Shown here piece after piece: positions 24,749-33,916 of a DNA stretch of 50,660 nucleotides. The position numbers were made by a program, and so were the translations under genes. The DNA comes from Patescibacteria group bacterium. Its GTDB lineage: Bacteria; Patescibacteriota; Minisyncoccia; Phycocordibacterales; CAIZLB01. Within the stretch, counting starts at the first letter, position 1. Each line of letters starts with the position of its first letter. The stretch is from NCBI GenBank assembly GCA_030917685.1, contig JAUPUG010000018.1, positions 1-50,660 on the forward strand. The letters are read 5' to 3'. The notes beneath the pieces are model-generated. The model was not told where the DNA came from, did no database searches, and saw nothing but the letters and a program-made list of their open reading frames with translations.

Positions 24749-25087
24749 CTACTCTTCGTCTTCTGTCACGTGTTTCTTCGCACGGCTTTTACGACTCGTC
24801 TTTTCAGCAGTAGCTGTAAATTTGTCAGCAAATCTATTGAGAATAAAGCCTGTCACAAACTTCCAAAAAGCAGACACTTTTACCCCCTCTTCTTTTACCT
24901 TTCCTCGAAGATCTGCAATATCTTCTATAACATTTTCACTCTCTTCTTTAATTGTATTTGCAATAGATGAAATTGTCCGGGCGATTTTGACACCGTACGC
25001 CACTAGAACGACGAGCAGTAAGGTAAGTACAATGACCGCGATTGATGTAATGAAGAAGAAAATATCAGCTTGTATGAGTGTATCCAT
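24749..25087 (-). CDS. Hypothetical single-TM protein (112 aa)
   Basis: N-terminal TM segment FFFITSIAVIVLTLLLVVLVAYGV, then a charged helical tail. Starts 8 nt after the stop of the upstream gene. The two overlapping plus-strand ORFs lack comparable signals. Confidence 0.55.
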   Translation of the reverse strand: MDTLIQADIFFFITSIAVIVLTLLLVVLVAYGVKIARTISSIANTIKEESENVIEDIADLRGKVKEEGVKVSAFWKFVTGFILNRFADKFTATAEKTSRKSRAKKHVTEDEE

Positions 25088-25095
25088 AGTTAGTA

Positions 25096-25893
25096 TTATA
25101 CATTAAAAATTCTTTTAAAGAATGAGCCTCTACTTCCAGGTAATGGACCGTATTTGTTTGGAGCTGGATTACCCTTTACAGTAACAAGTACAATGAACAG
25201 CACTAGTAGTGCAATTTCAATAGCCAGAAATCCAAACTCAAAGACTTGTCCATAGGACGGCAAGAACCAAAGGAGAAATAGAAGTGCCAACCCTCCAGGC
25301 AGTCCTAGATTATGTAGACGACGAACAATCAATGAGAGTGAGATAATAGTAATAGGTGCCAACATAACAGGAGCAAGCATCAATAGATAGTTGTTCGTAT
25401 CAGAAGCAATAGTTGAAAGTATAAGAGCCCATAATTCAGGAGCTACTTGGGCTAGCAATAGAGCACTGAAAGCCAATGTGACATATCCAATTCCAAAAAA
25501 GAAAAGGAAGCCAATTACAAAATCTTTTCTTCGGAGTCGACCAGCAAAGAGTCCTTTATGTACATATCCTTCATCTGAACCATCGGTATTTTTAGAAATA
25601 GTGCGACCAAACAAATTCAAAGAATGATGTCTTTGAATGCCAACTTTTGAGCCAGCATGATCTTTTTTATGCTTTGAGAGTGGAGGTAAAAAATTATTGA
25701 TAGCGACCAAGTCTTGATGTATATCTTGATGCACTTTTCTAACATATTCAAAAGCCGTATCAATATGTTCGGCAGAAAAACCAGCACGCATCAGCATTTG
25801 CTTTATATCTCTAGGATGAACTGATTGCTCAAGTTTGGTCTTGATAAACGAAATTAATCCTTTTTCTGGTGTGTGTTTTGTAAAATGTAACAT
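25096..25893 (-). CDS. DUF805-like integral membrane protein with N-terminal soluble extension
   Basis: GRLRRKDFVIGFLFFF and VRRLHNLGLPGG match the DUF805 pattern (GR..R..yw / RRLHD.G) as I recall it. Four hydrophobic segments. Confidence 0.6.
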   Translation of the reverse strand: MLHFTKHTPEKGLISFIKTKLEQSVHPRDIKQMLMRAGFSAEHIDTAFEYVRKVHQDIHQDLVAINNFLPPLSKHKKDHAGSKVGIQRHHSLNLFGRTISKNTDGSDEGYVHKGLFAGRLRRKDFVIGFLFFFGIGYVTLAFSALLLAQVAPELWALILSTIASDTNNYLLMLAPVMLAPITIISLSLIVRRLHNLGLPGGLALLFLLWFLPSYGQVFEFGFLAIEIALLVLFIVLVTVKGNPAPNKYGPLPGSRGSFFKRIFNV

Positions 25894-25956
25894 GCGTAAG
25901 TTGCGTGAATAGTTATATACAAAATATATTCAATCACGATTGTACTAATGATATAT

Positions 25957-26457
25957 CTATTGTCTCTTTGTGACAATATAGTTGAAGTCTTTTTCTAACA
26001 CTGGCTGGATTGATAGTCGGCTCCCTTTTTGGCAGACCATCATGTTTTTGAGTTTAGGGTCTAATTTAATCTCAGAAAGAGTAAATGGAGTCTCAAACTT
26101 TTTGACAAAAGAAAAATCAACAAGCATCCACGTAGGTATATATTCTGTATTACTTTTTTCTGCTAATTTCTTTTTAGAGACTGATGTTGGATCAAAATGT
26201 TCATCCTTTGGCTCATGCGCTGTTGCATCAGGATATGGAAGACTTGAAACTTTCGCTACTCCATATACACCATTAGGATTTTTCTTATCGGTAGAACTTG
26301 AATGATAAAATAGGGCTAAATCACCAATCTTCATATGGTCACGCATAAAATTACGTGCTTGAAAATTACGCACACCCGCCCAAGGAGTTTTTCCATCTCG
26401 TTGTAAATCATCGATAGAATAACAATCTCCTTCAGATTTTATAAGCCAGAATTTCAT
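25957..26457 (-). CDS. EVE (PUA-like) domain protein
   Basis: MKFWLIKSEGDCYSIDDL...WAGVRNFQARNFMRDHMKIGDLALFYHS matches the EVE/DUF55 N-terminal pattern. Confidence 0.7.
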   Translation of the reverse strand: MKFWLIKSEGDCYSIDDLQRDGKTPWAGVRNFQARNFMRDHMKIGDLALFYHSSSTDKKNPNGVYGVAKVSSLPYPDATAHEPKDEHFDPTSVSKKKLAEKSNTEYIPTWMLVDFSFVKKFETPFTLSEIKLDPKLKNMMVCQKGSRLSIQPVLEKDFNYIVTKRQ

Positions 26458-26523
26458 TATGTGTTACAAGGGCTAGTACGTATTTAGTACAGATGCTAGC
26501 TGGTTTGCTAATAAGCTGGACTG

Positions 26524-27801
26524 CTATTTTTCTAATAGTGAAAAGCTTACAATTCTTACATTGTTTGCAGTATCAATACTTGCAACAGCTACAGCTGTAT
26601 ATGAAGATTGACCATTTGAATACTGAACAACAGCTCGATCTGGGCCATCAAAAGTCACATCAGTGACCTCATACGATGAGCTCGACTTTGGTATAGCTAG
26701 CTTATTGATATTTGCAGCGATGTATGAACCAACAATATCTCTTTGTGATTGGTTAAAAGGTGTAACTACTCGAGTTACCTTTGGAGGCGTCTTTACAGCG
26801 ACTGGTTTTGCAGGAGTTGTTGGTGTTGCCTGTGTTATTGGTTTTGCAGGTACAGATGTGTTTGGTTTTTGAGCAGTGCTAGTCCCAACTGTAGGCTTAG
26901 CTACAACTGGAAACATTGATGGTTTATTTGTAGTCGTTGCAGGCTGAGCTGATGCATCTTTATTTGATACAGTCTTCTCCGTATTATCTTTGCTTGGCAA
27001 ATACAATGCTGTGTACCAATAGTAACCGCCACCAGCCAAAAGTAATAGCACGACTATCATACTGATAATAAGAGCAAGTGTACCCTTGTGACTTTTTGGT
27101 GCTTTATACTGATTATTGAGGAGTGCATTTACTTCATTTCCAAGCTTTGCTGCAGTAATATTCGCAGATGGAGCTGGCGGAATACCACTAGCAGAAGAAT
27201 TAAAAGACTGCGCCACATTTGCACTTGTTGGATTCGTATTTACTTGATTATTTTGAAGTGGACTTCCGACTTTATAGCCAGAAGTAAAACCCACTGGTGG
27301 AACAGGTGATGAAGATGCAGGCGAAACGGGCGAAAAAGACAGAGATGAAAGGGATGCTGTCGCTGGTGGTGTATATGGTTTTGGCGTTGATGTTGGTGTT
27401 GGTGTTGGTGTTGGAGCTGTATATGGTTTAAAAACTGATGACACTGGCGCAACAGGTTGTGATTGTGGCACACTTGCATATGGAGCAACCGCTGGAGGTG
27501 TAGATACTGGAGGAGGAGTCTGCTTGTCAATATTTGGATTCATTAGACGATCAAGAGCAGATGGAGCATGAGCAGAAAATGGAGTTGAAGTTTGACTCGA
27601 ATTTTGATTTAAAGTTTGCGCCGAAAAAGAATTTGCGGTAGGCAAATTGGCAGGAGGAGTAGCGATCGGTGATGGAGCTGTTGCGTTCACTCTAGGTGTA
27701 GATGTAAGCGGCTGTCCTGGTTTTGGCATACCACGGAATACGGGCTCAAGAGGCTCATTATTTGAAGCGTTAATATTGTTTGTGTTTCTTGTTGGTTCCA
27801 T
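26524..27801 (-). CDS. Pro/Ser/Thr-rich bitopic membrane protein (425 aa)
   Basis: About 235 aa of low-complexity P/S/T/A/N sequence including PTPTPTPTSTPKP. One TM segment (LALIISMIVVLLLLAGGGYYWY). A C-terminal domain of about 90 aa. Starts 19 nt after the lexA stop. Confidence 0.7.
   Translation of the reverse strand: MEPTRNTNNINASNNEPLEPVFRGMPKPGQPLTSTPRVNATAPSPIATPPANLPTANSFSAQTLNQNSSQTSTPFSAHAPSALDRLMNPNIDKQTPPPVSTPPAVAPYASVPQSQPVAPVSSVFKPYTAPTPTPTPTSTPKPYTPPATASLSSLSFSPVSPASSSPVPPVGFTSGYKVGSPLQNNQVNTNPTSANVAQSFNSSASGIPPAPSANITAAKLGNEVNALLNNQYKAPKSHKGTLALIISMIVVLLLLAGGGYYWYTALYLPSKDNTEKTVSNKDASAQPATTTNKPSMFPVVAKPTVGTSTAQKPNTSVPAKPITQATPTTPAKPVAVKTPPKVTRVVTPFNQSQRDIVGSYIAANINKLAIPKSSSSYEVTDVTFDGPDRAVVQYSNGQSSYTAVAVASIDTANNVRIVSFSLLEK
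27386..27415 (-). repeat. Hexanucleotide (TGTTGG)n microsatellite encoding (PT)n
   Basis: gttgatgttggtgttggtgttggtgttgga lies within the Pro-rich membrane protein gene. Confidence 0.8.
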
Positions 27802-27820
27802 AATACCTACTAGTATACCA

Positions 27821-28399
27821 CTATCTGAATTTTCGTATAACTGCTTTTACCACAGCTGCAATTTTCATATCATACTCAGGATAAATGTCTTTGAAGTTTT
27901 TGTTTGCAGGTTGCAGGTAAGGACGGCCCTTTTTATCGATACGATAATATTTCATAGTCCATCCTCCATCAACTTCTGCAATAACTATCTCACCAACTCG
28001 TGCACTAGTGCGTCGCTCAACTAAGACCATATCACTCTCAGCGATATGAGCTTCTATCATCGACTCACCTTTTACCTCAAGCATGTATGTAGAGTCTTTT
28101 GAATCACCGAGCAGGAAATCTTCTATACTCGTTGCATCGAGCATCTCTTCTTCAGCCACTGTCGGCATACCAGCTTCGACGAGTCCGAGGAGTGGCACAT
28201 CTCCGTGTAGTCTAGATGGAGTCAACTTCCCTTTTGAATCTTTTTCAAAAATCCCTTCTTCAACAAGTTTATTGATGAGCTTATAGACTGCATTCTTAGA
28301 CTTGAAGCCGACAAGATTCATGATCTCGCTATAGCCCGGCACTCGTTTGTGCGCCTTGTAGAAGTCTACTATTTTCTTTTTGTATGAGTCGTATGACAT
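27821..28399 (-). CDS. lexA: LexA repressor (S24 peptidase)
   Basis: N-terminal wHTH (GYSEIMNLVGFKSKNAVYKLINKLVEEG). Cleavage region LGLVEAGMP. Catalytic Ser in VKGESM. Lys in GWTMKYY. Length of 192 aa. Confidence 0.9.
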   Translation of the reverse strand: MSYDSYKKKIVDFYKAHKRVPGYSEIMNLVGFKSKNAVYKLINKLVEEGIFEKDSKGKLTPSRLHGDVPLLGLVEAGMPTVAEEEMLDATSIEDFLLGDSKDSTYMLEVKGESMIEAHIAESDMVLVERRTSARVGEIVIAEVDGGWTMKYYRIDKKGRPYLQPANKNFKDIYPEYDMKIAAVVKAVIRKFR

Positions 28400-28510
28400 A
28401 TTTGTGAGACTGCACAGAAATTAATTCATATGCGATGTATCTATTGTATCAGAATTCTATGTAAGAACCTGCGGTCGAACCACCAGACTTTTCTAAGGCG
28501 TTAAAGTGGA

Positions 28511-28714
28511 CTAGAAAAGAAAGCTAGCCATTGCAAATGTTCGTGCAAGTGAAGCTTCACTTTCGATTCGTCGAAGTTGTGATACGAGTGCTCGGTGTCG
28601 TGTAGATTCTTTTTCATAAGAAATTCCTTTTACAATCTTCTGGTCAATCTTTTTGTTAATTGATCGGAGCTCTCTATTGATTGCAAACATAAGTGTCATT
28701 CTTTTCATATTCAT
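28511..28714 (-). CDS. Small basic hypothetical protein (67 aa) downstream of a LexA-box promoter
   Basis: This is the only ORF between the promoter at 28784..28813 and lexA, and it is on the same strand. No family recognised. Coding status is not proven. Confidence 0.4.
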   Translation of the reverse strand: MNMKRMTLMFAINRELRSINKKIDQKIVKGISYEKESTRHRALVSQLRRIESEASLARTFAMASFLF

Positions 28715-28783
28715 TTTGATTAGTGATTATCTTGTTTTTAAATTTTTGGCGCCGGTCTCTGCGTCCTGTTTCTGTATGTTTAT

Positions 28784-28813
28784 AGTATAGGTGAACTATG
28801 GTTCACCTGTCAA
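28784..28813 (-). promoter_or_regulatory. Sigma-70-type promoter (TTGACA-18-TATACT) for small ORF/lexA operon
   Basis: Minus strand reads TTGACA (28813-28808), an 18-nt spacer containing the LexA box, then TATACT (28789-28784). Confidence 0.6.
28791..28806. promoter_or_regulatory. Cheo-type LexA (SOS) box: GTGAACTATGGTTCAC
   Basis: Perfect 16-bp palindrome containing GAAC-N4-GTTC, the Gram-positive LexA/DinR consensus core. It lies in the spacer of the minus-strand promoter upstream of the small ORF and lexA. Confidence 0.7.
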
Positions 28814-28880
28814 GAAAACAATAAAAGGGGAGTGTGTATAACTTTAGAATATGTGTTAAATTAAGAGTGTAATCGAACTC

Positions 28881-30077
28881 ATGAATACTCCTTACGAAGT
28901 TGCCCTACAAAAAAATATTTGGAAATATACAATTGCCGCAGTCGCAAACAAAAGAATTTTTGTAGCAATAATCGGCGCATACTATTTGACCGTCCAAGAC
29001 GTTACCCTTCAGACTATCGGTCTCATTACCCTATTTAGTAGTCTCTCTAGTTTTTTGTTTGAAATACCCAGTGGATATGTCTCTGATAAAATTGGGCACA
29101 AACAAGCGCTTGTTGTTTCTCGAGTATTGTTGTTAATTTCCTCAATATGTTTCTTTACGGCAGAGAACGTAACCATGCTTATCGTCGCAGCGGTCGCCAT
29201 GAGTGCAGGATTTGCATTCAATAGTGGCACAGGTAGCGCATTCATGCACGAGACCTTGTCTGAGCTTAAACGTGATCATGAGTATTCAGCTGTTATGGGA
29301 AAAGTAAGTGCTGTCGGTTTTGCGGTGCCGGTTATCCTAACTGTATTAGTTCCCTTCCTTGTTTCGATTTCATATAAGATACCCTTTTTGTTAATGGCAA
29401 TAGTAGATTGCATCGGACTCATCGCGGTCATGAGTCTGACAAAGCCAAGGATGAGCCAAGCCCATGTTGAAGAGGTGCAAGCTTCTAATTTTAAACAAGT
29501 GATGCAGGAAGCATTTCGGATGCAGTATTTTACAATCGCTTTCTTTTCAGGAATCATAGGCGCTATGTTGCTTAGTGTCAGCGCATTCCGATCTCCATAT
29601 CAGATCTTTGTTGGGACGCCAGTTATATGGCTTGGAGTTATCGTTGGAATCGGAAGACTTTTAGCCTCGCTCATGCTAGCCAACAGTAAGAAAATAGAAA
29701 AATATTTTACATTCAAAAGCTTCTTTCGCGTAGAATATTTAATACACACCACCATAATATTCTGCCTCGGCCTAACTCAAAATGTATATCTTGTTACGTT
29801 ACTCCTCATTGCAAGCAGTGCATTCCATTGGGGTCTGAACAAGATTGATGAAGGGTACCAACTAAAGGTTATGGGTAAAACAAAATTCAAAGCGACGCTC
29901 CTATCTGTAGGCTCACAAATCGAGAGTCTCCTTCAGGCGGCATTTGCTTTCACGCTTGGCTGGATAATCCAAAAATATTCCTTTGCAGTGGGATATATGA
30001 GCATTTCTCTTTTCTGTTTCGTAATTCTAACATTCTTGTATATACGAATGGAGAGGATATATAAAGAAGTAATATAG
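28881..30077 (+). CDS. MFS transporter
   Basis: About 12 hydrophobic segments. MFS motif-A-like PSGYVSDKIGHKQAL after TM2. Confidence 0.75.
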   Translation: MNTPYEVALQKNIWKYTIAAVANKRIFVAIIGAYYLTVQDVTLQTIGLITLFSSLSSFLFEIPSGYVSDKIGHKQALVVSRVLLLISSICFFTAENVTMLIVAAVAMSAGFAFNSGTGSAFMHETLSELKRDHEYSAVMGKVSAVGFAVPVILTVLVPFLVSISYKIPFLLMAIVDCIGLIAVMSLTKPRMSQAHVEEVQASNFKQVMQEAFRMQYFTIAFFSGIIGAMLLSVSAFRSPYQIFVGTPVIWLGVIVGIGRLLASLMLANSKKIEKYFTFKSFFRVEYLIHTTIIFCLGLTQNVYLVTLLLIASSAFHWGLNKIDEGYQLKVMGKTKFKATLLSVGSQIESLLQAAFAFTLGWIIQKYSFAVGYMSISLFCFVILTFLYIRMERIYKEVI

Positions 30078-30079
30078 TT

Positions 30080-31996
30080 TTACTCAAGATTTTCTAAGAC
30101 ATCTTTCAATCGGCATGAGCCTACTACATGCATTTCATTCATTGATCTTGTAAGTGCAATATAGAGGAGATCTTTGTATATTTGATGTTTCTCTTCCTTG
30201 AAACTTGGGTGTGTAGAGTATCTTTGCGCTAGATCAAACATCTCGTTAGAAACTCCTACTAGACAGACAATATCGAACTCAACACCTTGAGATTCTGCAA
30301 TTGTGAGAAATTTTACGCCGGTAATAGTACTCACACCCGCACTAGTGCCAGCGCCCGCATCTTTAAATCGCTCCTTAAATTTTGCGAGAAGTTCTGAATT
30401 AAAACTCAAGATACCAATACTTTTTTCAGCAGATTTATTTTTCAAAATATGTTCCACATATTCAAAGACTTTAGTATCTGCATCACGATCACTCCCCGAC
30501 TCTTCAAATACTTTTTCTTGGACAACTGGACCTTCTTTGAGTGCTTCTGGTATCTCTACTTTGTAACCCAAACCTCTCGCATATTCTAAAATTTGTTTGG
30601 TGTTTCGATATACCTTATGAAGCCTGATTTGTCTGTCGAGTGCAATGTTTTCGCTGAAATCCTCCCATTTCTTAGTAGTGCCATGTTGGATTTTTTGTGA
30701 AAGATCCCCAACATAGATTATAGATTCTGTTTTTGAACTAACACACGATTTAAAGAGTTGTAACTGTTCAGGTAAATAGTTTTGAAATTCATCAACCACC
30801 ACAAGCGAGTAGTCCAACATATCAACACGAGTATGTTTAACAATTTTACCCATTCTCATTACTCGATTCGATTCAGTCTCTATCTTGAGTTTTTCTTTAT
30901 GTTTTTTAAAGATCATAAGCGCAAGGGTAATATCCAAACGATCAAGCGTTCGTCTTTTTATTTGTTCTTCAAAGCTATTCTTCAATGATCCAGAATTACT
31001 CTTTGAATATAGATTTTGGAGTGTGTAAAAAATATTCTTACTCCAAGTTATTGGCGTACCATGCATATTGAGCTTTTCACCACCATCTACGATACTATTC
31101 TTTATGTTCAATTTATCTAGTTCACATTCGGTATTTTGAACATATGTTACATTGTCTAATTTTAATATTGCACTTGCCCATTCAAAAAAAGTTGTAATTT
31201 TAACGTTATGAATTCCAAGGTCTGGCAACAAGTGTGAAAAATATTCTTTCGTACCAGAGTCCTGTACAAACACGATAATTGAATTGCTTGGATATAAATC
31301 CATGCTTTCCGGTGATTGAACAAGATATGCTACACGGTGCAGAGCGAGCGTAGTCTTTCCGGAGCCAGCTGGACCAGCTATCGCAAATGGACCAAAGTGA
31401 GAAGCACGGATTACATCATCTTGAGCCTTTTCCATTATCTCGACAATTTCTGGCAATACAAAAGCACCCTTCTTGGCAGAAAAGTGTTCTTGATAAATTA
31501 GTTCTCTCGGATGCTCTTCTGTTTCATGAGCATAGAACACAACCTTGCCATTAACAATCATGTACTGCTCTTTTTCATGAATAGTAATTTCTTTTATCGT
31601 GCCGTTTGGGAGCTTGAATGATGTTTGACCAGGATTAGCAAAACGAACCACCGCGATTGGCGCGACCCATGAATATATATTTTGTTCAGAGAATTCATAT
31701 TTGCCGAAATGAATTTCTTTCTTATTTCGAAATCGTACATCAACTGTATTGTGAGCAATCACACATTTGAAGAAAAAAGGAGAGGATTCAATAGCTTGAA
31801 GTTCTTTGTGTCGAGCCAATGCAGTCAAACGCAAGATCATCGCATGCTCTCGTTCGCCTTTTCGAAGCTTCAAAATTTCGGTTTCAGGTTTAAAAGCAAT
31901 CGGCTTTATTTTCTCATACTGTTCAGCGACAGCCTGCTTCACTGAATCAATTTTTGTATATAACTTTTCTAGCAACTCTTCTTTGAAGGTCTTCAT
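30080..31996 (-). CDS. UvrD/Rep-superfamily helicase, HelD-like
   Basis: N-terminal helical region, then SPFFFKCVI...IHFGKYEF...IYSWVAPIAVVRF, which resembles the HelD pattern pYFgRidf...yIGk...dWRaPia. Walker A AGPAGSGKTTLALHRVAYL. Also VVDEFQN and C-terminal LYIALTRSMNEM. Confidence 0.65.
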   Translation of the reverse strand: MKTFKEELLEKLYTKIDSVKQAVAEQYEKIKPIAFKPETEILKLRKGEREHAMILRLTALARHKELQAIESSPFFFKCVIAHNTVDVRFRNKKEIHFGKYEFSEQNIYSWVAPIAVVRFANPGQTSFKLPNGTIKEITIHEKEQYMIVNGKVVFYAHETEEHPRELIYQEHFSAKKGAFVLPEIVEIMEKAQDDVIRASHFGPFAIAGPAGSGKTTLALHRVAYLVQSPESMDLYPSNSIIVFVQDSGTKEYFSHLLPDLGIHNVKITTFFEWASAILKLDNVTYVQNTECELDKLNIKNSIVDGGEKLNMHGTPITWSKNIFYTLQNLYSKSNSGSLKNSFEEQIKRRTLDRLDITLALMIFKKHKEKLKIETESNRVMRMGKIVKHTRVDMLDYSLVVVDEFQNYLPEQLQLFKSCVSSKTESIIYVGDLSQKIQHGTTKKWEDFSENIALDRQIRLHKVYRNTKQILEYARGLGYKVEIPEALKEGPVVQEKVFEESGSDRDADTKVFEYVEHILKNKSAEKSIGILSFNSELLAKFKERFKDAGAGTSAGVSTITGVKFLTIAESQGVEFDIVCLVGVSNEMFDLAQRYSTHPSFKEEKHQIYKDLLYIALTRSMNEMHVVGSCRLKDVLENLE

Positions 31997-32189
31997 ATTT
32001 TATTAAAAGTGTTATCTAAATAATGCATATTTTGACCCGGGAAGGCTCAAAATATTTTGTGAAGACGGCTCACTTTGAGCGAGGAGAATATTAAGGGAGA
32101 AATATTACTGCTTATTAATATATATCAATATTTCAGTTGGGGCAAGCGTGGGACTGAGTTCAAGTTAAGTTTGAAGCTTTGTGCACCAC

Positions 32190-32984
32190 CTATGAGATTT
32201 TAACCAACCACTTCTCGAAAAACCCAATTAACTGAGCTTCAGTTTCTGGTGTATTCATTTCATGATCTGCGCTTGCAATAATATGTAATTCTTTATTCTC
32301 AATCACTGTCCCTAATGCATCAAAAAGTAACTGCTGATGTTTTGGCGGAGTTGATGTGTCATTTTCTCCTACGACCATGAGTACTGGTACTTTTATTTTG
32401 TCAGCATCAATCAAGTTGTCATATTTCATCCGATCTTCCATGTGTGACCACTTTAGAGTTTTTATCTCACCATTTGACCTCTTCTTTTCCTGATATCCAA
32501 GTGTCTGCCATTTTTCTATTTCTTCTTTTGTTCGAGCTTCGATGCTGAGCTTGCCTGAGATGGTTGCCGCAAGTGGAGCAACCGCAAGCACTCGTGTTGG
32601 ATATTTTTCTGTATACAAAGTGACCCCCATACCTCCGAGGCTGTGTCCAATCAAAATAAATGGTTCTTTATAATACTGATTACCCCTTGCCCACTCGATG
32701 ACATCTTCTAAATCTTCGTAGTAATTTGTAAAAGTCGCATCAGCATAATCACCGTCACTTTCTCCAAAGGAATTTGTTGGATCGAAGCTAACAACAGCGA
32801 ATCCGTTCGTAGTTAGGATTTGAGCAAACTTTCTGAATCTTGATTTATTATGATGCGCACCCAGCCCTGGCATTATAAAAGCGAGGCCTTTTTGAAAATT
32901 GTTTTCGCCTAAAACAGGCATGTCGATACACACTCTTACGTTCAAATTATTTCGATTTTTGATGAATATTTTTTCTGTATGCAT
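32190..32984 (-). CDS. Alpha/beta-fold hydrolase
   Basis: Nucleophile elbow GHSLGG. C-terminal ASADHEM supplies the catalytic His context. Length of 264 aa. Confidence 0.75.
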   Translation of the reverse strand: MHTEKIFIKNRNNLNVRVCIDMPVLGENNFQKGLAFIMPGLGAHHNKSRFRKFAQILTTNGFAVVSFDPTNSFGESDGDYADATFTNYYEDLEDVIEWARGNQYYKEPFILIGHSLGGMGVTLYTEKYPTRVLAVAPLAATISGKLSIEARTKEEIEKWQTLGYQEKKRSNGEIKTLKWSHMEDRMKYDNLIDADKIKVPVLMVVGENDTSTPPKHQQLLFDALGTVIENKELHIIASADHEMNTPETEAQLIGFFEKWLVKIS

Positions 32985-32985
32985 C

Positions 32986-33759
32986 TTAAATTTTAATCAA
33001 TTCAAATATTATAAATTCTGGAATCTTTTGCAATCGTTTATAAGATTCTGGCTTTATTTCTTTCATTCCTTCTAGCGGTAATGGCTCCACTATTGTTTTA
33101 ATCAAAAATCCTGCTTCATGTATTGCCTTCGAAATTTGTCCTATGGATAACTGCCAAATAGTTACTGTATCTTTTCCAAAAGCATCATTTACTTTTTTCT
33201 TTGACATATAATCACCCACGACAGTAACTGCCTTTGTGAGTTTATTTTTTCTAACTTCAATCTTATAACCCCAAGATTCATCTGTATCTGCTGTTTCTGC
33301 TACAAATCTAACAGGATGATTACACGAAAATAGAAATTCAGAATTTGGCTTTAATACTCTATAAGCCTCTTTCATGGCTATTGTCCAATCTTCCAGATAA
33401 TGAATAGCAAGGCTCGAATACGCAAAATCAAAGCTTTCATCTGCAAACTCCAACTTCTCCATATTCATAGTTTTGAATTCACAATCTGGATATGTTTTTG
33501 ATGCAATTTTTATAAGCTCTGAAGAAAGATCGATTCCTAATGACACTTCAGCTCCTTTTGATTTTAGATAATTACTATCTTCTCCACTACCACACCCAAT
33601 ACTCAGGACCTTCTTACCTTGTAAGTCTGGTAACAATGCGTACATTGCAGGTTTTTCATAATACGAATGGTATACAGAATCATCAGGATTGCGAACATGG
33701 TCTGTGTATTTTTCGGCTCTATTTTGATACCAGTTTAATGTTTTATCATCTGTAGACAT
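32986..33759 (-). CDS. Class I SAM-dependent methyltransferase
   Basis: Motif I VLSIGCGSGEDS and post-I LGIDLS. Its stop lies 1 nt before the start of the hydrolase gene. Confidence 0.75.
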   Translation of the reverse strand: MSTDDKTLNWYQNRAEKYTDHVRNPDDSVYHSYYEKPAMYALLPDLQGKKVLSIGCGSGEDSNYLKSKGAEVSLGIDLSSELIKIASKTYPDCEFKTMNMEKLEFADESFDFAYSSLAIHYLEDWTIAMKEAYRVLKPNSEFLFSCNHPVRFVAETADTDESWGYKIEVRKNKLTKAVTVVGDYMSKKKVNDAFGKDTVTIWQLSIGQISKAIHEAGFLIKTIVEPLPLEGMKEIKPESYKRLQKIPEFIIFELIKI

Positions 33760-33768
33760 GATGAGCTA

Positions 33769-33777
33769 ATAGTAGCA
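33769..33777 (-). promoter_or_regulatory. Extended -10 (TGcTACTAT) 9 nt from the methyltransferase ATG
   Basis: Minus strand reads TGCTACTAT, then tagctcatc, then the ATG at 33759. Confidence 0.45.
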
Positions 33778-33795
33778 TGTGACATTAGGACTGCA

Positions 33796-33833
33796 CAAAA
33801 AAACACAAAAGACCCACTTTCGTGAGTCCTTTT
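33796..33833 (-). terminator. Rho-independent terminator after DEAD-box helicase gene
   Basis: Minus strand reads AAAGGACTCAC gaaa GTGGGTCTTT followed by tgtgTTTTTTT. Confidence 0.65.
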
Positions 33834-33916
33834 GCTTATCTAAATTTTATAGAAAATTCAGCTTGTATTTTTACCGCACTGGCACCATGCAAACATGAGC
33901 CAACAGCACATTAATC

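Noticed and set aside
28441-28462. AGAATTCT palindrome upstream of lexA as a second operator.
   Set aside because: It is an 8-bp AT-rich palindrome that also matches no GAAC/GTTC half-site. It overlaps a possible TG-extended -10 box and is easily explained by chance.
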